This document shows positions 1 to 13,209 of a DNA stretch of 64,000 nucleotides, one piece after another. Every line of letters begins with the position of its first letter. Positions within the stretch are counted from its first letter, which is position 1. The DNA is from Eledone cirrhosa. Taxonomy: Eukaryota. The notes below the pieces were generated by a model, which saw only the letters and a list, made by a program, of their open reading frames with translations, was not told the origin of the DNA and searched no databases. Both the position numbers and the translations under genes were made by a program. The DNA lies in contig OZ024740.1 of NCBI GenBank assembly GCA_964016885.1, forward strand, positions 311,984,001-312,048,000, in the 5' to 3' direction.

Positions 1-964
1 GATTAACCTTTTCTGTGAAAATACAATAGTAAGTATGGAGTAATGTGAATGCTAAAGGGTTAAAGGTGTATGCATTTGTGGAATGCTCAGACACTTGCAC
101 GTTGATTCCATGAACATGCTGTTTCAATGTTCAAACAACTGGAACACTCATCATGAGAGCCAATAGAGGTCTAGTACACACAGACACACACAAGTAATTA
201 AAGCATCAATCATTGATATGCCTTAGATAATATTAAATTTTATATTTATTCGCTCACATCGAATGATAAAAATGAAACATGGACTTCACGAAAGAGACCA
301 TATCACAGACTACACATCAGTCTTTATGTTTAAGCATTAACTTTAAATATTTATATTGAGTTATTTTGATGTTATTTTGATCAACCCTATACTACCTTCC
401 TCACTCTTTCTCTCTATCTCTCCTCTAGTTCTTCTACAATTCTGGGGGTGTCTGTGCATTCATGTGTGCTCATATGTCTGTGTGTTCCTATTTTAGATTG
501 TGTCTGTTCAATACAACATATATGTATATAAGCCAGACAAAATGTTGACTTCACTAAGTTCATGACAATTGATAGTATAACATGCAATTCATGTGCAAAG
601 GTTTGCAAATCTATTGATGGATTGAAAAGACAAAATGTTGTACATTACATACTGATGTTTGCAAGATCTACCAAAAGATAACCAGGAGTTTCATAGGCTT
701 AAAGAGCCACTTTCAAAACACAATTCTCTCTAATAATCAGTCTGTAATTGTCTTCTTCAGAAATAAATAAACAACTATCATGTGTGTGTGTGTGAGTATA
801 TTTTCATATGTGTATGTGTATGTGTGTGTGTGTGAGAGAGAGAGAGAATGCGAGAGTGAAAAAATCTTTACAATTTTTCAATGGCTTTCCATCTTGTATA
901 CCAGCATAGTAAAGGTGTATATATCTTATAGAGTGGTCTGGCACCAAATAATTCTTGCTGTTCT

Positions 965-1300
965 TCAGGGTGATGAGTGTTCCAATTATTTCTTGAATAG
1001 AACAACCTGCTCATGAAATTAATGTGTAAATGGCAGAGCATTCCACAAACGCGTGTACCTTTAATGTAATTCTCAGGGAGATTCAACATGACACAATGTG
1101 TGACAAGGCTGGTTCTTTAAATTACAGGTTCAATCCTTCTGATGAGCTTCCAAGCAGTCCCCATCTACCCAATTTTACTCAGAAGGATAAGTCTACCTTA
1201 GGGTATGATAAAAGACACTTGCCTGAAATGCCATGCAGTGGGACTGAACCCAGGACCCAATGGTTGTGGTCTGAACTTCTTAACCATTCGACCATGCTAC
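965..1300 (-). mobile_element. SINE family C copy
   Basis: Shared block gctgaatctccctgagaa...ggtacacg...tgtggaat...gttaatttc; also at ~60-170, ~32630-32900 and ~39630-39970; tRNA-like head. Confidence 0.6.
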
Positions 1301-1622
1301 ATCTTAACAATCAATACCTTTATAGTCTATAAGAAGAGAAATTAGTTTGAACTCCTATCTTGTTTTTTTGTTGTGTGTGATGCAGTAAACACATGATAAT
1401 TGACATCCACTGAGTGTGTCTCATCATTACCAATATCATCATCATTATCTCTACCATTATATTTTTTTGCATTCATTTTTTTCATGCTTGAATAGGTTGG
1501 ACAACTAACTCATATCCACTATTCAGTTGATTGACACTAATAGCTGAGAGATCCACAAGATAATGTTAATTTTTTTAAAGTCCATTAATTCCATTCTAAT
1601 GGTCTACAATTTTGTCTTCCAG

Positions 1623-1663
1623 GCTTCTTATGCTGCTAGTGTAATTGGTTACCTAACAAGAAG
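1623..1663 (+). CDS. HACL1: HACL1 coding exon (ASYAASVIGYLTR)
   Basis: ttccAG acceptor, GTaaat donor; matches HACL1 ACYAASAIGYLTSR. Confidence 0.9.
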
Positions 1664-1749
1664 GTAAATTATTCTTTTTTTTAGTATAGGAGTACATAGC
1701 TCTTAAGACAAATTCAAATCTTGCAACAGTCCTTGTAGTGTGTCTCTTG

Positions 1750-2175
1750 AGCAAGGAACATAAGTTTACTTGCTTCAATGTAAAAAAATAAATAGATTAG
1801 GGAACACATGAGTTTACTTACTTCAGTGTAAAAAAAATAGAGACACACAAGTTTAATGCAATGTAAAAAAATAAACAGAGCAGGGAACACATGAGTCTAC
1901 TTACTTCAGCAGACCTGCCAAACTCTAAAAATCCAAACAGGAAGTACCATGAAAAAAGTGCCCCAAAACAGGGAAAAATGAGGCAAAATGGGGAGATTTT
2001 ACATAATGAAAGCTATACCCATTTTTGACATCTCTCACTCGACGTGGAGATCTCCCACCCACTTTGTTGACAGTCTGCTTCAGTGTAAAAAATAAATAGA
2101 GCAAAGAACACACGAGTTTGCTTCAATGTAAAAAAATAGAGCAGGGAACACACAAGTTTACTTACTTCATTGTAA
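1750..2175 (+). repeat. Degenerate ~40-45 bp tandem repeat, interrupted at ~1910-2078
   Basis: agagcagggaacacatgagtttacttacttcagtgtaaaaaaaat units. Confidence 0.7.
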
Positions 2176-2639
2176 AATATGTATTGCTATTTCTTCTCTG
2201 CTGAGTGAAGACTTCCCAACTAAGTAAACAATTGCTCAAATAATTTACATGCAAATGTAATTTTAGTTGTATTTTTTTTTAGCTCTTTTATGATTGTATT
2301 TCTAATGAAATACTATTATTTTGATTAATTAATGAAAAATTTGGTGGGACTTACTAAAATTATGAAGATATCATCATCATTCTCATCACCGTTTAATGTC
2401 TATTTTCCATGCTTGTGTATGTTAGACAGATGTCTTATGCTGAGGCCAGACTAGTCAGGTGACTATGTCCTGCTCATACACTTTGTTTTGGCTTGGTTTC
2501 TACAGCTGGATGTCCTTCCTAATGACAACCACATTACAGCATGTACTAGGAATATGGTTTCTATGGGTGAATGCCCTTCCTAACACCAACCACTTTACAG
2601 TGTGTACTGGGAGCATTTTATCATGACTCCTACAATACC

Positions 2640-2880
2640 ACCTTACAGAGTGGGCTGGATGCTTTTTGTCAAGGCACCAGCACTACCACCGTATATGGGT
2701 GGACTGGATGTTTTTTGTCAAGGCACCAGCACTACCACCGTATATGGGTGGACTGGATGTTTTTTGTCAAGACACCAGCACTACCACCATATAGGGTGGA
2801 CTGGATGTTTTTTGTAGTGGAACCAGCACTACCACCATATAGGGTGGACTGGGTGTTTTTTGTAGTGGAACCAGCATTAT
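2640..2880 (+). repeat. Minisatellite, ~47-49 bp x ~5
   Basis: gactggatgttttttgtcaaggcaccagcactaccaccgtatatgggtg repeated. Confidence 0.85.
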
Positions 2881-3291
2881 TTCATTACAGCACTAGGGTG
2901 ATTAGTGTACATGGCTGTGCTAGGGGGGAGGGATTTGAAGCTGGGGGTCCAGCATTTTATTGCTGGAGAGAGGAGAATAGCAGTGCCCGGCTTCCCTTGA
3001 GAGCCTAAAAGTGGAGCATTTATATACTGTTTGAATGTGATTTATATACTGAGAATGTGGCTGGGGTGCGTGCTAGGCTTTCCTGGGTTTGAGATGCAAG
3101 GGTTCAGCAAGGAAGGTGAATCAGATAAGGTTCCTCCTAGATTTCCATGCTTGCATGGGTTGGACTAAGAGGTCAGGAGTATATTGGCAGGTGGGGGTCA
3201 AGCATAAAGGATTGTTATATTTACTCAGTACATTACAAAATTGCTCCTAAACATCACTCAATGCTATGATAATTTCTTCTTACATTTTCAG

Positions 3292-3372
3292 ACCAGCAGC
3301 TTGCCTTGTTGTCTCAGGTCCTGGTTTAGTACATGCTCTTGCTGGTGCTGCCAATGCTATGGAGAATTGCTG
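3292..3372 (+). CDS. HACL1: HACL1 coding exon ([27 protein letters not shown])
   Basis: ttcAG / GTatgt; SGPG motif; phase compatible with neighbours. Confidence 0.95.
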
Positions 3373-5443
3373 GTATGTATTTATTGTCATTCATTTCAGG
3401 TTGCTGAAAGATCAGAGACTACAGTGATTGACAATTGAACAGAGACAATATTAGATCTAAGATCTCAGTCTGGACGATCATGTAACAAAGCACCCAATCC
3501 ATGCTGTAAAGTAGTAGAACTGATTCCACAAAAAATGCATCCGGTGCATCATGTACAGTAGTTGATGTTAGAAAGGGTATCTATCCATAGAAAGTATGCC
3601 AAATAAGAAACATATGAGCAAGACGTGGTCACCTGACCAGTCAAGCCTCAGAATGGGACAACTTATCCAACCCATGCCAGTGTGGAAGTGGTCGTAAAAA
3701 CGATGATGATGATCTGTCTCTAATATATTAAGGAAAGTAAGCTAATAAATTATACTGTTTTTTTATGTTAAAAAATGTTCTGTACTTAGTTGAAAGAAAT
3801 CAGGCACTGTAGATGGAGCTAGCGTCAATAAAATGAAGTAACAGTCCAGGACAGTGAGTTAGAATATTGAAGGAGATACTTTGTAATATTTGTTTTGGCT
3901 TTTCGTATTCTGAGTCCATGGATGGTAGAAATACTATGTATACTCAAATATAAACCGATTTGAATATTAGTCAAGCCTCCATATTATGTCTGAGAAATAG
4001 GCAAAAATTCAAACCCTGTTTATAATCCCAGGCAGGTAATCAACACATGTTTAGATGGTGCAGTTTTGAAATTCTCATGAAGTTTTAATATTTTAATATC
4101 TAAAATGTTTTAAGTGTCATTTAGACACTTTTGTTTCAAAACATAATTATTTTTTACTAATTTCTGACCATTTTGGAGGCCATATTCATTCAAAACATAT
4201 AAAAATACAATAGGAAAGATGAATTTGATGTTAAAAGTGAAAATATTTTAGCACCTCATTTATGTAGAATTTTGAAGTTGGTGAAAATCAGGAAAAAATA
4301 TTAACTTCAAATATAATTTGACCCTCTATTTTACCATCAATCTTTTGGCGAAATATTTCAATCCATCACCCAGTTTAATCCTGCTCCTTGGGTGCTTTTA
4401 GCAGAGTTCATTCTGTTGTAAGTATTTGGGCTAGGTCTCCAGTTTGAAGACACACACACAAACACACACACCATTCCCCCCACCAGTCTTGGAGGCCCTG
4501 AAATAATAACTGTTTCTACTTTTGGCACAAAGCCAACAATTATCCCAGTGCATTACTGGTGCTTTATTTTAGCGACCCCATAAGGATGAAAGCGCAATGA
4601 TTACGATGTGAAGGCGCATGGCTTAGTGGTTAGAACATTGGGCTTGCAATTGAGAGTAAAGAGTTCAAAGCCCTGAAATAATAATGCACAGTAGTTTAAC
4701 ACTTAATGATCTAGTAGAAGGTATCTAAAAGCAGGTTTGTTAATTCAAACCTTTATCACATCTTTACCCAGTGGACAAATCTTTGTAAAAATTTGTAGTA
4801 ATCTAAACTTTTTTAATGTGATGCAGTTATAGTGTTGTTGTTTTTACAAGACTGTCTTGCTAATGTAGTCTCATGCAGTATAGGACATTAAGAGTTAAAT
4901 CTCTACACATATTTATCTTCATTATCACCACCACTGCCACTAGCATTGTGATCATGTATGTATGGTCATGACTGAAATGTCCTTGATCATAAGTCTCCCT
5001 GATCAAGGCTCATCTAAACAGCAACAACCTTAGTGATTCTCCAAAATAAACTAATCTTTTGTAACAGGCAATTATTTCATCACAATCATCAGACATCAAT
5101 ATATTTCCTTCTTGGAGTCATTTAGTACATGATTGAAAAATCATATTGTTATTGCATAGCTCCAGATCAGGTCTGATTGAGCAAACTTATATTGTATAAG
5201 TAGCAGGCTAAACAAATAACTAGGTGTGGTCCAAGGGAGCAATTCTACTTGGTTGCTTGACCTAGGTGTAGTAGCCAAATCTCCTTCAACCTTAACCCTA
5301 TCATCCTAAAAATCAATAATTATACCAAACAATCATATTGTACTAAATGATGGAAAGCTCAGGAAACCTCATTTTTGTTGTGTTTTGAAAACATATTAGA
5401 AATAATTTCTTAATCTTCTGATGAATATAGTCAACTATAAAGA

Positions 5444-6158
5444 TATAACGGCGGCGAAGATTCGAAACCGAATCTGAGCTTTCCCGCCTCTGGGACAAGC
5501 CATGGTAATTTGTTTACGCTCAGGAGACTAACCCCTTGGGAGAGGCTAAACACAGGTCAGAGGTGTTTACGCCTGACAGAAAATAGGTCAGAGGATATAT
5601 CCATCTTTCTGACTTGTTTACGCTTGGCAAACTAATCCCTTGGGAGACTAACCAAAGTTCAGAGGATATATCTATCCTTCTAACTTTAACTCTTATAAAT
5701 AGAGGGATTGTTTACGCCAAAAATAGAAAAACAGTGGATACAGACAAGACGAGTCTCATTTACAGGCTCTCGTCACGAAAACCAGTCTACCACTTATTCT
5801 CACCTTCCTGGCTGATCGCTGACTCCTGCAATACAAATAAGTAAATATACTGATACGCCGCACACACGCAATTCATAGTGAGTCCAACATTTGTACACGC
5901 ACCATTCATTTCTGTTTACACATATTATAATCATATTCTGTGATATTTAAATTTACGTGGCTCGAAGAGCCACCAAATTATTGTATGAATATTTTGTGTC
6001 AATTATTTTATCATTCAATATTCAAATTGAATATTGTTGTAATAAAATAAACTTTGTAACAACACTCCTGGTATTTTTATTTACACTGAAACCACCATAC
6101 CAACAGTTACATCCATCCATCCACTTGTCGTTACAACCACACATAATATTCCGTTACA
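5444..6158 (+). repeat. 5' LTR of element 1 (715 bp)
   Basis: Direct repeat of 10624-11337; termini TATAACGG...CCGTTACA; TATAAAT at 5694; AATAAA near 6041. Confidence 0.95.
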
Positions 6159-6211
6159 ACTGGTGACCCCGTAAAACAAACACACAACCTTCTGATCATC
6201 CACAACAAACG

Positions 6212-7087
6212 ATGTCTCTAGCACACGACGATTCATCAACGGCAGAAATGGCAGTCAGGTCGACATTAAGGATTCCACCATTCTGGCGGCATGATCCAAC
6301 ACTGTGGTTCGCGCACATCGAAGCGCAGTTCGCATCAAACCGGATCGTTAGCGAGGCATCCCATCTCACACATCTCATCGGTTCGATGTCTCCGGAGATT
6401 ATGAATGAGGTTCGAGACCTCATTTTAGCACCACCCGGCTCTGTGTCATATGACACATTTAAAAGAACATTACTTAAGCGGACGTCGGAGTCGCAGCAGA
6501 AGCGCTTGCACCAGCTACTCATATCGGAGGAATTAGGAGATAAAAAGCTGACGCAACTCCTACGGAAAATGAAGCAGCTTCTGGGTGAACATAAACTCCC
6601 GGATTAAATTTTCGAGCAACTCTTCCTCCAGCGTTTACCTTCTGCCACACAAGTGGTACTAGCATCCACCAGGGAGTCCACCACCATAGAAGAACTTGCC
6701 GAGCTGGCAGATAAGATCATGGAGGTACCACATCCGCACTCAACTTTAGCGAATGTGACGCCAGCCGTGCCTTCCACCAATCCTTTCCTTCAGCCCCCCG
6801 GTGCCACAGAGATGCCCGATCTACACCAGTTACTGGCACAGCAAGCAACACAGATACAGGCCTTGATGCAACAAATTCAGGCCTTGTCACTGGGCAACCC
6901 TGCCACACGTCGGTCCAACAGCCGAACTCGCCGATTTGGTGGTCGCTCAAGAAGTCCCAGCGCATCTCGAGATTCACCAGAAATGTGTTGGTACCACCAA
7001 AGATTCGGGAGACGAGCACAAAAGTGCAGCCATCCCTGTTCATTTGTTTCGAAAACAAATCAGGGAAACGACACAGCCAGAAACTGA
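6212..7087 (+). pseudogene. gag: gag of element 1 (one in-frame stop at 6605-6607)
   Basis: PPFWxxDPxLWFxxIEAQF N-terminus; CWYHQRFGRRAQKCSHPC; ORFs at 6212 and 6653 share a frame. Confidence 0.9.
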
Positions 7088-10000
7088 ATGCGACAGACGT
7101 TTCTGGCCCTCATAACCAAAGTCGCCTATTTTTCATACAGGATCGCGTCACAGGCTCGCGTTTCCTGGTCGACACCGGTGCTGAAGTGAGCATCATCCCG
7201 GTTTCCTGCGTTCCTGGAAAAAGGAGAGAGACACCAGCCTGGCTCCAGGCGGTGAATCACTCACATATTCCGACCTATGGAGAACAGTCCCTGACACTAA
7301 ATTTGGGACTACGCCGCACTTTCCAGTGGGTATTTGTTGTTGCTAAGCTGCTGACCCCTATTTTAGGAGCTGATTTTCTTCAGCACTTCTCGCTTCTAGT
7401 GGATCTGAAAAACCAACGTCTCGTTGACAACTCCACTGGTCTCGCTGTGCGCGGCATAGCCGCTAGGACAGCCACAGTCAGTCCAGTCATTTCAAGATCA
7501 ACAACAACAACCCGGCACAACCACATCATCAACAAATACCCAGCCGTAGCTCGACCACTATTCAACGCTTGCCCTGTAAAACATGATGTCACACATCACA
7601 TAAAAACACACGGCCCACCTGTCGTTGCACGACCTAGAAGGTTACCACCAGACCGGCTGAAGTCCGTCAAACAAGAATTTCAGCACATGCTGGATCTCGG
7701 CATCATACGTCCGTCCAGCAGCAACTGGTCCTCACCCATACACTGTGTACCCAAGAAGTCGTCGAACGACTAGCGAATCTGTGGCGACTACCGTGCACTA
7801 AACAACTGCACCGTTCCTGACTCTTATCCAGTGCCTCATCTACAGGACTTCTCTAGCTCGCTGCACGGGGCTCGCATATTTTCGAAGATCGATCTTGTGC
7901 GAGCTTACAATCAGATACCCGTAGAGCCCGCAGATATTCCAAAGACTGCAGTCACAACACCCTTTGGAATGTTCGAATTCCTGCGTATGCCTTTCGGTTT
8001 GCGAAATGCAGCGCAGACATTCCAGCGATTCATCGATACAGTCACCAGGGGTCTACCTTTTGTATACGCATACATTGACGACTTACTGGTGGCCAGCAAC
8101 TCCGATGAAGAACATGAGAAACACCTGGATCTCCTATTCACACGTTTGCGTGAATATGGAATCGTTATCAACCCCAGCAAATGTGAGTTCGGAGTTGCGT
8201 CCCTTATTTTTCTGGGACACATTATTGACAAAGATGGTATTCGCCCACTTAAGGAGAAAGTCAAATCCATCATTGATTTTCCACAACCTATATCTCTCCG
8301 CAAACTGCGAGAATTTCTTGGCCTGATAAACTTCTACAGAAGATTTATACCCAACTGTGCAGAGACAGCCCAACCACTCACAGATTTGCTGCGGCAGCGT
8401 ACAACCAAAAACGCAAACATCAAGCTCAGCGAAAAAGAATGTACCGCTTTCGCTGAGTTGAAGAAAATGTTGTCCGAGGCTACAATGCTGAGTTACCCCA
8501 AACCTGACGCCCCAATGTGTTTATTGACTGATGCATCCGATTTCGGAGTTGGAGGTGTGCTTCAACAACTCTCTGGCGATATTTGGCGACCTGTATCTTT
8601 TTTCTCTAAGCGATTAAAACCCACCGAAACTAAGTACAGCACATTCAGTCGTGAATTATTGGCAGCATACCTTGCTGTCAAGCATTTTCGACACATGCTA
8701 GAAGGTCGTGTGTTCTCTATATACACCGACCACAAACCACTAGTGTACGCGTTCAATGCCAAGCCTGACCGACACTCACCCAGGGAGGTCCGACATCTGG
8801 ACTTCATTTCTCAGTACACCACTGATATTCGGTACATTAAGGGTGCCACCAACTCAGCAGCTGATGCCCTATCGCGCATGGAGCTTAACGCAATCCACAC
8901 CACTGCCACTATCGACCTCCAGAAGATTGCAGCGGATCAACAGAATGACGAGGAACTGCTACAACTCCGGAAATCATCCTTGAAATTGAAGGAATGCCCA
9001 CTGCCCTCTTCTTCGGGTTATATTTGGTGCGACATCTCCACAGGCCACGAGCGCCCATACGTGCCCCGGAAACATTGACGTGACGTTTTCTCGGCACTGC
9101 ATTCTCTGGCACATCCTAGCATCCGCACCACGCAGAAACTGATGGTTGCCAGCTTTGTGTGGCCCAACGTCAACAAGGACACCCGCGAATGGGCTAGGAA
9201 CTGCATCGCGTGCCAGAAGGCGAAAATTCACCGGCACATCAAAGCCCCGATCGGTTCTTTCGCAACACCTGATGCACGGTTCCAACATGTGCATAAAGAC
9301 ATAGTTGGACCTTTGCCTCCTTCTCACAACCACATTCATCTTCTCACCTGTGTCGACCGATTTTCTCGCTGGCCAGAAGCTTTTCCCCTGACGGATACCA
9401 CTGCGGAAACTGTCGCCAAAACGCTAGTGTTTCACTGGGTTTCGCGTTTCGGCACACCCGCGACCATCACTACGGATAGAGGACGTCAGTTCGATTCAAA
9501 CCTATTTACCGAGCTGACTCGTCTCCTCGGGTGCAAACACATCCGTACAACGGCGTAACACCCTGCAGCTAACGGCGTGGTAGAACGCTTACACCGCCAG
9601 CTAAAATCATCTATCAAGGCTTACGAAGACTCCACTAACTGGTTCGAACACCTCCCACTCATTCTTCTTGGTATTCGTTCCACTGTTAAGGAGGGAGTCG
9701 GACATTCTCCGGCTGAAATGGTGTATGGCACCGTACTCACTCTACCCGGACAAATGATTGCTCCTGTTTCGCCACAAGAACTTCCAGACCCTACAAAATA
9801 TGTGCACCGTTTACAGTCATCGATGTCGCATCTGTCTCCTTCAGCCCCTAAACAACAGCACGTTACTTCACACATACCAAAAGACATCGATACATGGACG
9901 CATGTTTTCGTTAGAAATGACGGTATTCCATCGCAACTTCGTCCACCGTATTCCGGGCCCTATAAGGTGATACAGAAACGCCCTAAGTATTTCGTCCTAG

Positions 10001-10245
10001 ACTTGAACGGGAAACGAAATACCGTCTCCATTGATCGTTTGAAGAAAGCGTTCATAGAACAGGAATTGCCACCAGTACCCACCGTTTCTCCAGCAGACTC
10101 ACCAACAACTTTGTCCGACACAAACACGACAAATTATGCACAACCCCGACACACCAAATCCGGAAGAACAGTCCGATGGCCCACGCGATACGTACAAGTT
10201 TATCGGGTAAGTACAAATTATGCATCTGGTCGACATTTTGGCTAA
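7063..10245 (+). pseudogene. pol: pol of element 1 (protease, RT, RNase H, integrase); stops at 7771, 9076, 9556
   Basis: FLVDTGA protease; RMPFGLRNA and YIDD RT; TDASD..RELLA RNase H; H-H-C-C, D..D..E and GPY integrase; four ORF pieces in one frame, -1 relative to gag. Confidence 0.95.
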
Positions 10246-10623
10246 TTTGTACATTTCAACGAATCGGCCAATTTCTGTGGTCATGAACTATTGCTACACA
10301 CAAATCAATTAACTCTGTGCATCACCCACATCAAAAGAACAGACAAAAGAACATTTTTCCGTTTCTATGAAATGAACAAACTTTTAATCAACAAACTTTT
10401 CGTATGAACATTTTCAATTTTATGTAACATCACAGTACATTTTCCTGCATGTAAATTTCTTTTGCTTTGCATGTTTTCTTTCATGTCTCCTGTTTGTAAA
10501 TGACTTTCATCTGTTTTTTTTATTTTTACTGATTTTCTTCAACAACACACCTAGTCATACCTATCTTCATTTCACATGCACCTAGATCGTTCAATCTCAG
10601 CTTTCTCACTGGAAGGGTGGTAC

Positions 10624-11337
10624 TATAACGGCGGCGAAGATTCGAAACTGAATCTGAGCTTTCCCGCCTCTGGGACAAGCCGTGGTAATTTGTTTACGCT
10701 CAGGAGATAACCCCTTGGGAGAGGCTAAACACAGGTCAGAGGTGTTTACACCTGACAGAAAATAGGTCAGAGGATATATCCATCTTTCTGACTTGTTTAC
10801 GCTTGGCAAACTAATCCCTTGGGAGACTAACCAAAGTTCAGAGGATATATCTATCCTTCTAGCTTTAACTCTTATAAATAGAGGGATTGTTTACGCCAAA
10901 AATAGAAAAACAGTGGATACAGACAAGACGAGTCTCATTTACAGGCTCTCGTCACGAAAACCAGTCTACCACTTATTCTCACCTTCCTGGCTGATCGCTG
11001 ACTCCTCCAATACAAATAAGTAAATATACTGATACGCCGCACACACGCAATTCATACTGAGTCCAACATTTGTACACGCACCATTCATTTCTGTTTACAC
11101 ATATTATAATCGTATTCTGTGATATTTAAATTTACGTGGCTCGAAGAGCCACCAAATTATTGTATGAATATTTTGTGTCAATTATTTTATCATTCAATAT
11201 TCAAATTGAATATTGTTGTAATAAAATAAACTTTGTAACAACACTCCTGGTATTTTTATTTACACTGAATCCACCATACCAACAGTTACATCCATCCATC
11301 CACTTGTCGTTACAACCACACATAATATTCCGTTACA
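10624..11337 (+). repeat. 3' LTR of element 1 (714 bp)
   Basis: Direct repeat of 5444-6158, preceded by PPT, followed by TSD AAGA. Confidence 0.95.
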
Positions 11338-12482
11338 AAGAGTTAGTTGAAGACATGTGGCTAAGTGGTTGGGGTGTTGGACTTATGATCATAACGTTGT
11401 GAGTTTGATTCCTGGACTCCTGAACTCTCAGTCGTTTAACACCAATGACGATAAATTCCGACCTTACACACTTGCACCTCTCTAAGACAATGTCACTGGA
11501 CCGAGATCTTTGGCGCTACGCAGTAATACAGAAGACCTGCCTTGCCTATGTACAAAGCGAAACCTTCAGTCAGTAGGCACCTCTTAACCAAATATACACC
11601 CCAATCCACTACCCCTACCCTAACCTCCCACTCTCACCAACACCACCCTTTCTCTGTAAAGTTGGTACCACAACATCCAGTTCAAATAAATGAGATAATG
11701 AGATCGAGATCGTGTAGGTGTCACAAGAAAAAAACACAGTCCACGTTGTAATGTGGCCGTGTAGGTAACACGGTAAAAAGTTCCCAGTTCCACACTGTAA
11801 ATGTGGTTTGTGTTAGGAAGGGTATCCAGCAGTAGAAAACCTGCCAGATAGTCCTATATGAGCGAGACACTGTCACCCGACCAACCTTGCCTCAAGTGGG
11901 ACAACTCCCGTCTAACCCATGCTAGCGTGGAAGATGGACGTTAAACGAAGATGATGATGATGATGATGGAACTGGGATATACCCCAGCCTGATGAGCCTC
12001 AAGGCTTGGGAAAAAAATAAAATAAAATAAAGTGTTTGTAAGAAGCCTTTAATTTGGATTTAAAATGCTTTTTATCATAGATCCGTCAATACTGTACTAA
12101 TAATGAATATAAGACTATATAGGATTGAAAAAAAAACATCTACAATTTACAGTAAGCTGTACTTTAGGATTCACTTCCAGCTTACCATATTATCTATATA
12201 TATATTTGAGTGACTTTCGTCCATCACACAATGTGAATGTATGTTTGTGTAAATGTATGTGTGTATTTGTGTGAATGTATGTGTGTGTTTGTGTGAATGT
12301 ATGTCTGTGAGTGTATTTTTGTGTGTTTTCGCATTTACATTTATATTCTCATACATATAAATGTATGCACATACACACACACACATATACACATACAAGT
12401 CAGCATGTTGAAAAAAATTCTAGTATATTAAATGTGTTGTGTTTTTCAAAAGGGCTTTACTGAACGCTTATATTTCTTCCAG

Positions 12483-12555
12483 GCCAATGTTACTTATTGG
12501 TGGTTCTTGTGAGCGTCAACAGGAAGGCATGGGAGCTTTTCAAGAATTCCCACAG
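12483..12555 (+). CDS. HACL1: HACL1 coding exon (PMLLIGGSCERQQEGMGAFQEFPQ)
   Basis: tccAG / GTaaga; GAFQE motif. Confidence 0.95.
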
Positions 12556-13109
12556 GTAAGAATATTTTCACACATCATTAAACATATTTCCTGGCTTCTT
12601 TCAACCATCTTTTGCTGGGGTGAGGTGGCACACGCTAGTGGCAGGAAGGAGGGGTGTAGTGATGGTGAGAATATATTAGCAGTGATAGTGGAGTGGGCAT
12701 AGGTGGAGTGCATTTGTGTGAAGAGAGTAGCTACTAGAGTGCAAAAGGATTTTAGTGGAGAGACAGCATATATCTGTATCACGTGATAATTTCTCACTCC
12801 CAAGAACTATTCACTTGTAATCAGGTCAAGAAACAGTCCATTAAATTGAGGGGTCTCTTGATAAGCCTATAGCCTCACAGCAATGGTGCACTTTTCTGCA
12901 TGATTGCTGGAAAGCAGTAGGCAAAACTGCAGTTGGGACTTTGAAGAAAAAAACAATATATATATGTATATGAAAGCATATACCATATGTTTATATACAA
13001 TAAACATATGAGAGCCTTGCTATCAAAGAAAAATAATTTTTTTGTTACAAAAAAATTAATTTTCTCTCTTTTACACCGTGAACATGTCACATATATCTTA
13101 GTAGCAGTC

Positions 13110-13166
13110 GAGAATGTCAGATAACTCTTTCAAGATTTGTTAATCTCTCATCAGTGATATCAACTC
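13110..13166 (-). ncRNA. Hammerhead ribozyme motif, type I, partly degenerate
   Basis: Minus strand: gag-tt-gatatca CTGATGA gagat-taacaa-atctt GAAA gagtta TC tgacatt-ctc; stems I and II pair, stem III is disrupted. Confidence 0.6.
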
Positions 13167-13209
13167 AACTAGTACTGAGATTGAAATAGACTAGAGTCTA
13201 CACTATAGA

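Larger units (their letters stand above)
5444..11337 (+). mobile_element. Full-length Ty3/gypsy LTR retrotransposon 1 (CsRn1/Boudicca-like), defective, in HACL1 intron
   Basis: LTRs 5444-6158 and 10624-11337 differ at ~9 positions by eye. 4-bp TSD AAGA. PBS TGGTGACCCCG at 6161-6171 (tRNA-Trp-like). PPT at 10611-10620. Order gag-PR-RT-RH-IN; Gag motif C-x2-H-x9-C-x3-C. Confidence 0.96.

Noticed and set aside
1139-1165. CTGATGA followed by a small hairpin
   Set aside because: No GAAA after the stem
2571-3008. 145-aa ORF with internal repeats
   Set aside because: Translation of a minisatellite
4612-4675. tRNA-like sequence (also at ~11350 and ~23930-23990)
   Set aside because: A/B boxes are present but there is no complete cloverleaf; these are SINE heads
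5614-6166. 76-aa and 69-aa ORFs, duplicated at 10793 and 11136
   Set aside because: They lie within the two LTRs, which explains the duplication; no protein-like features
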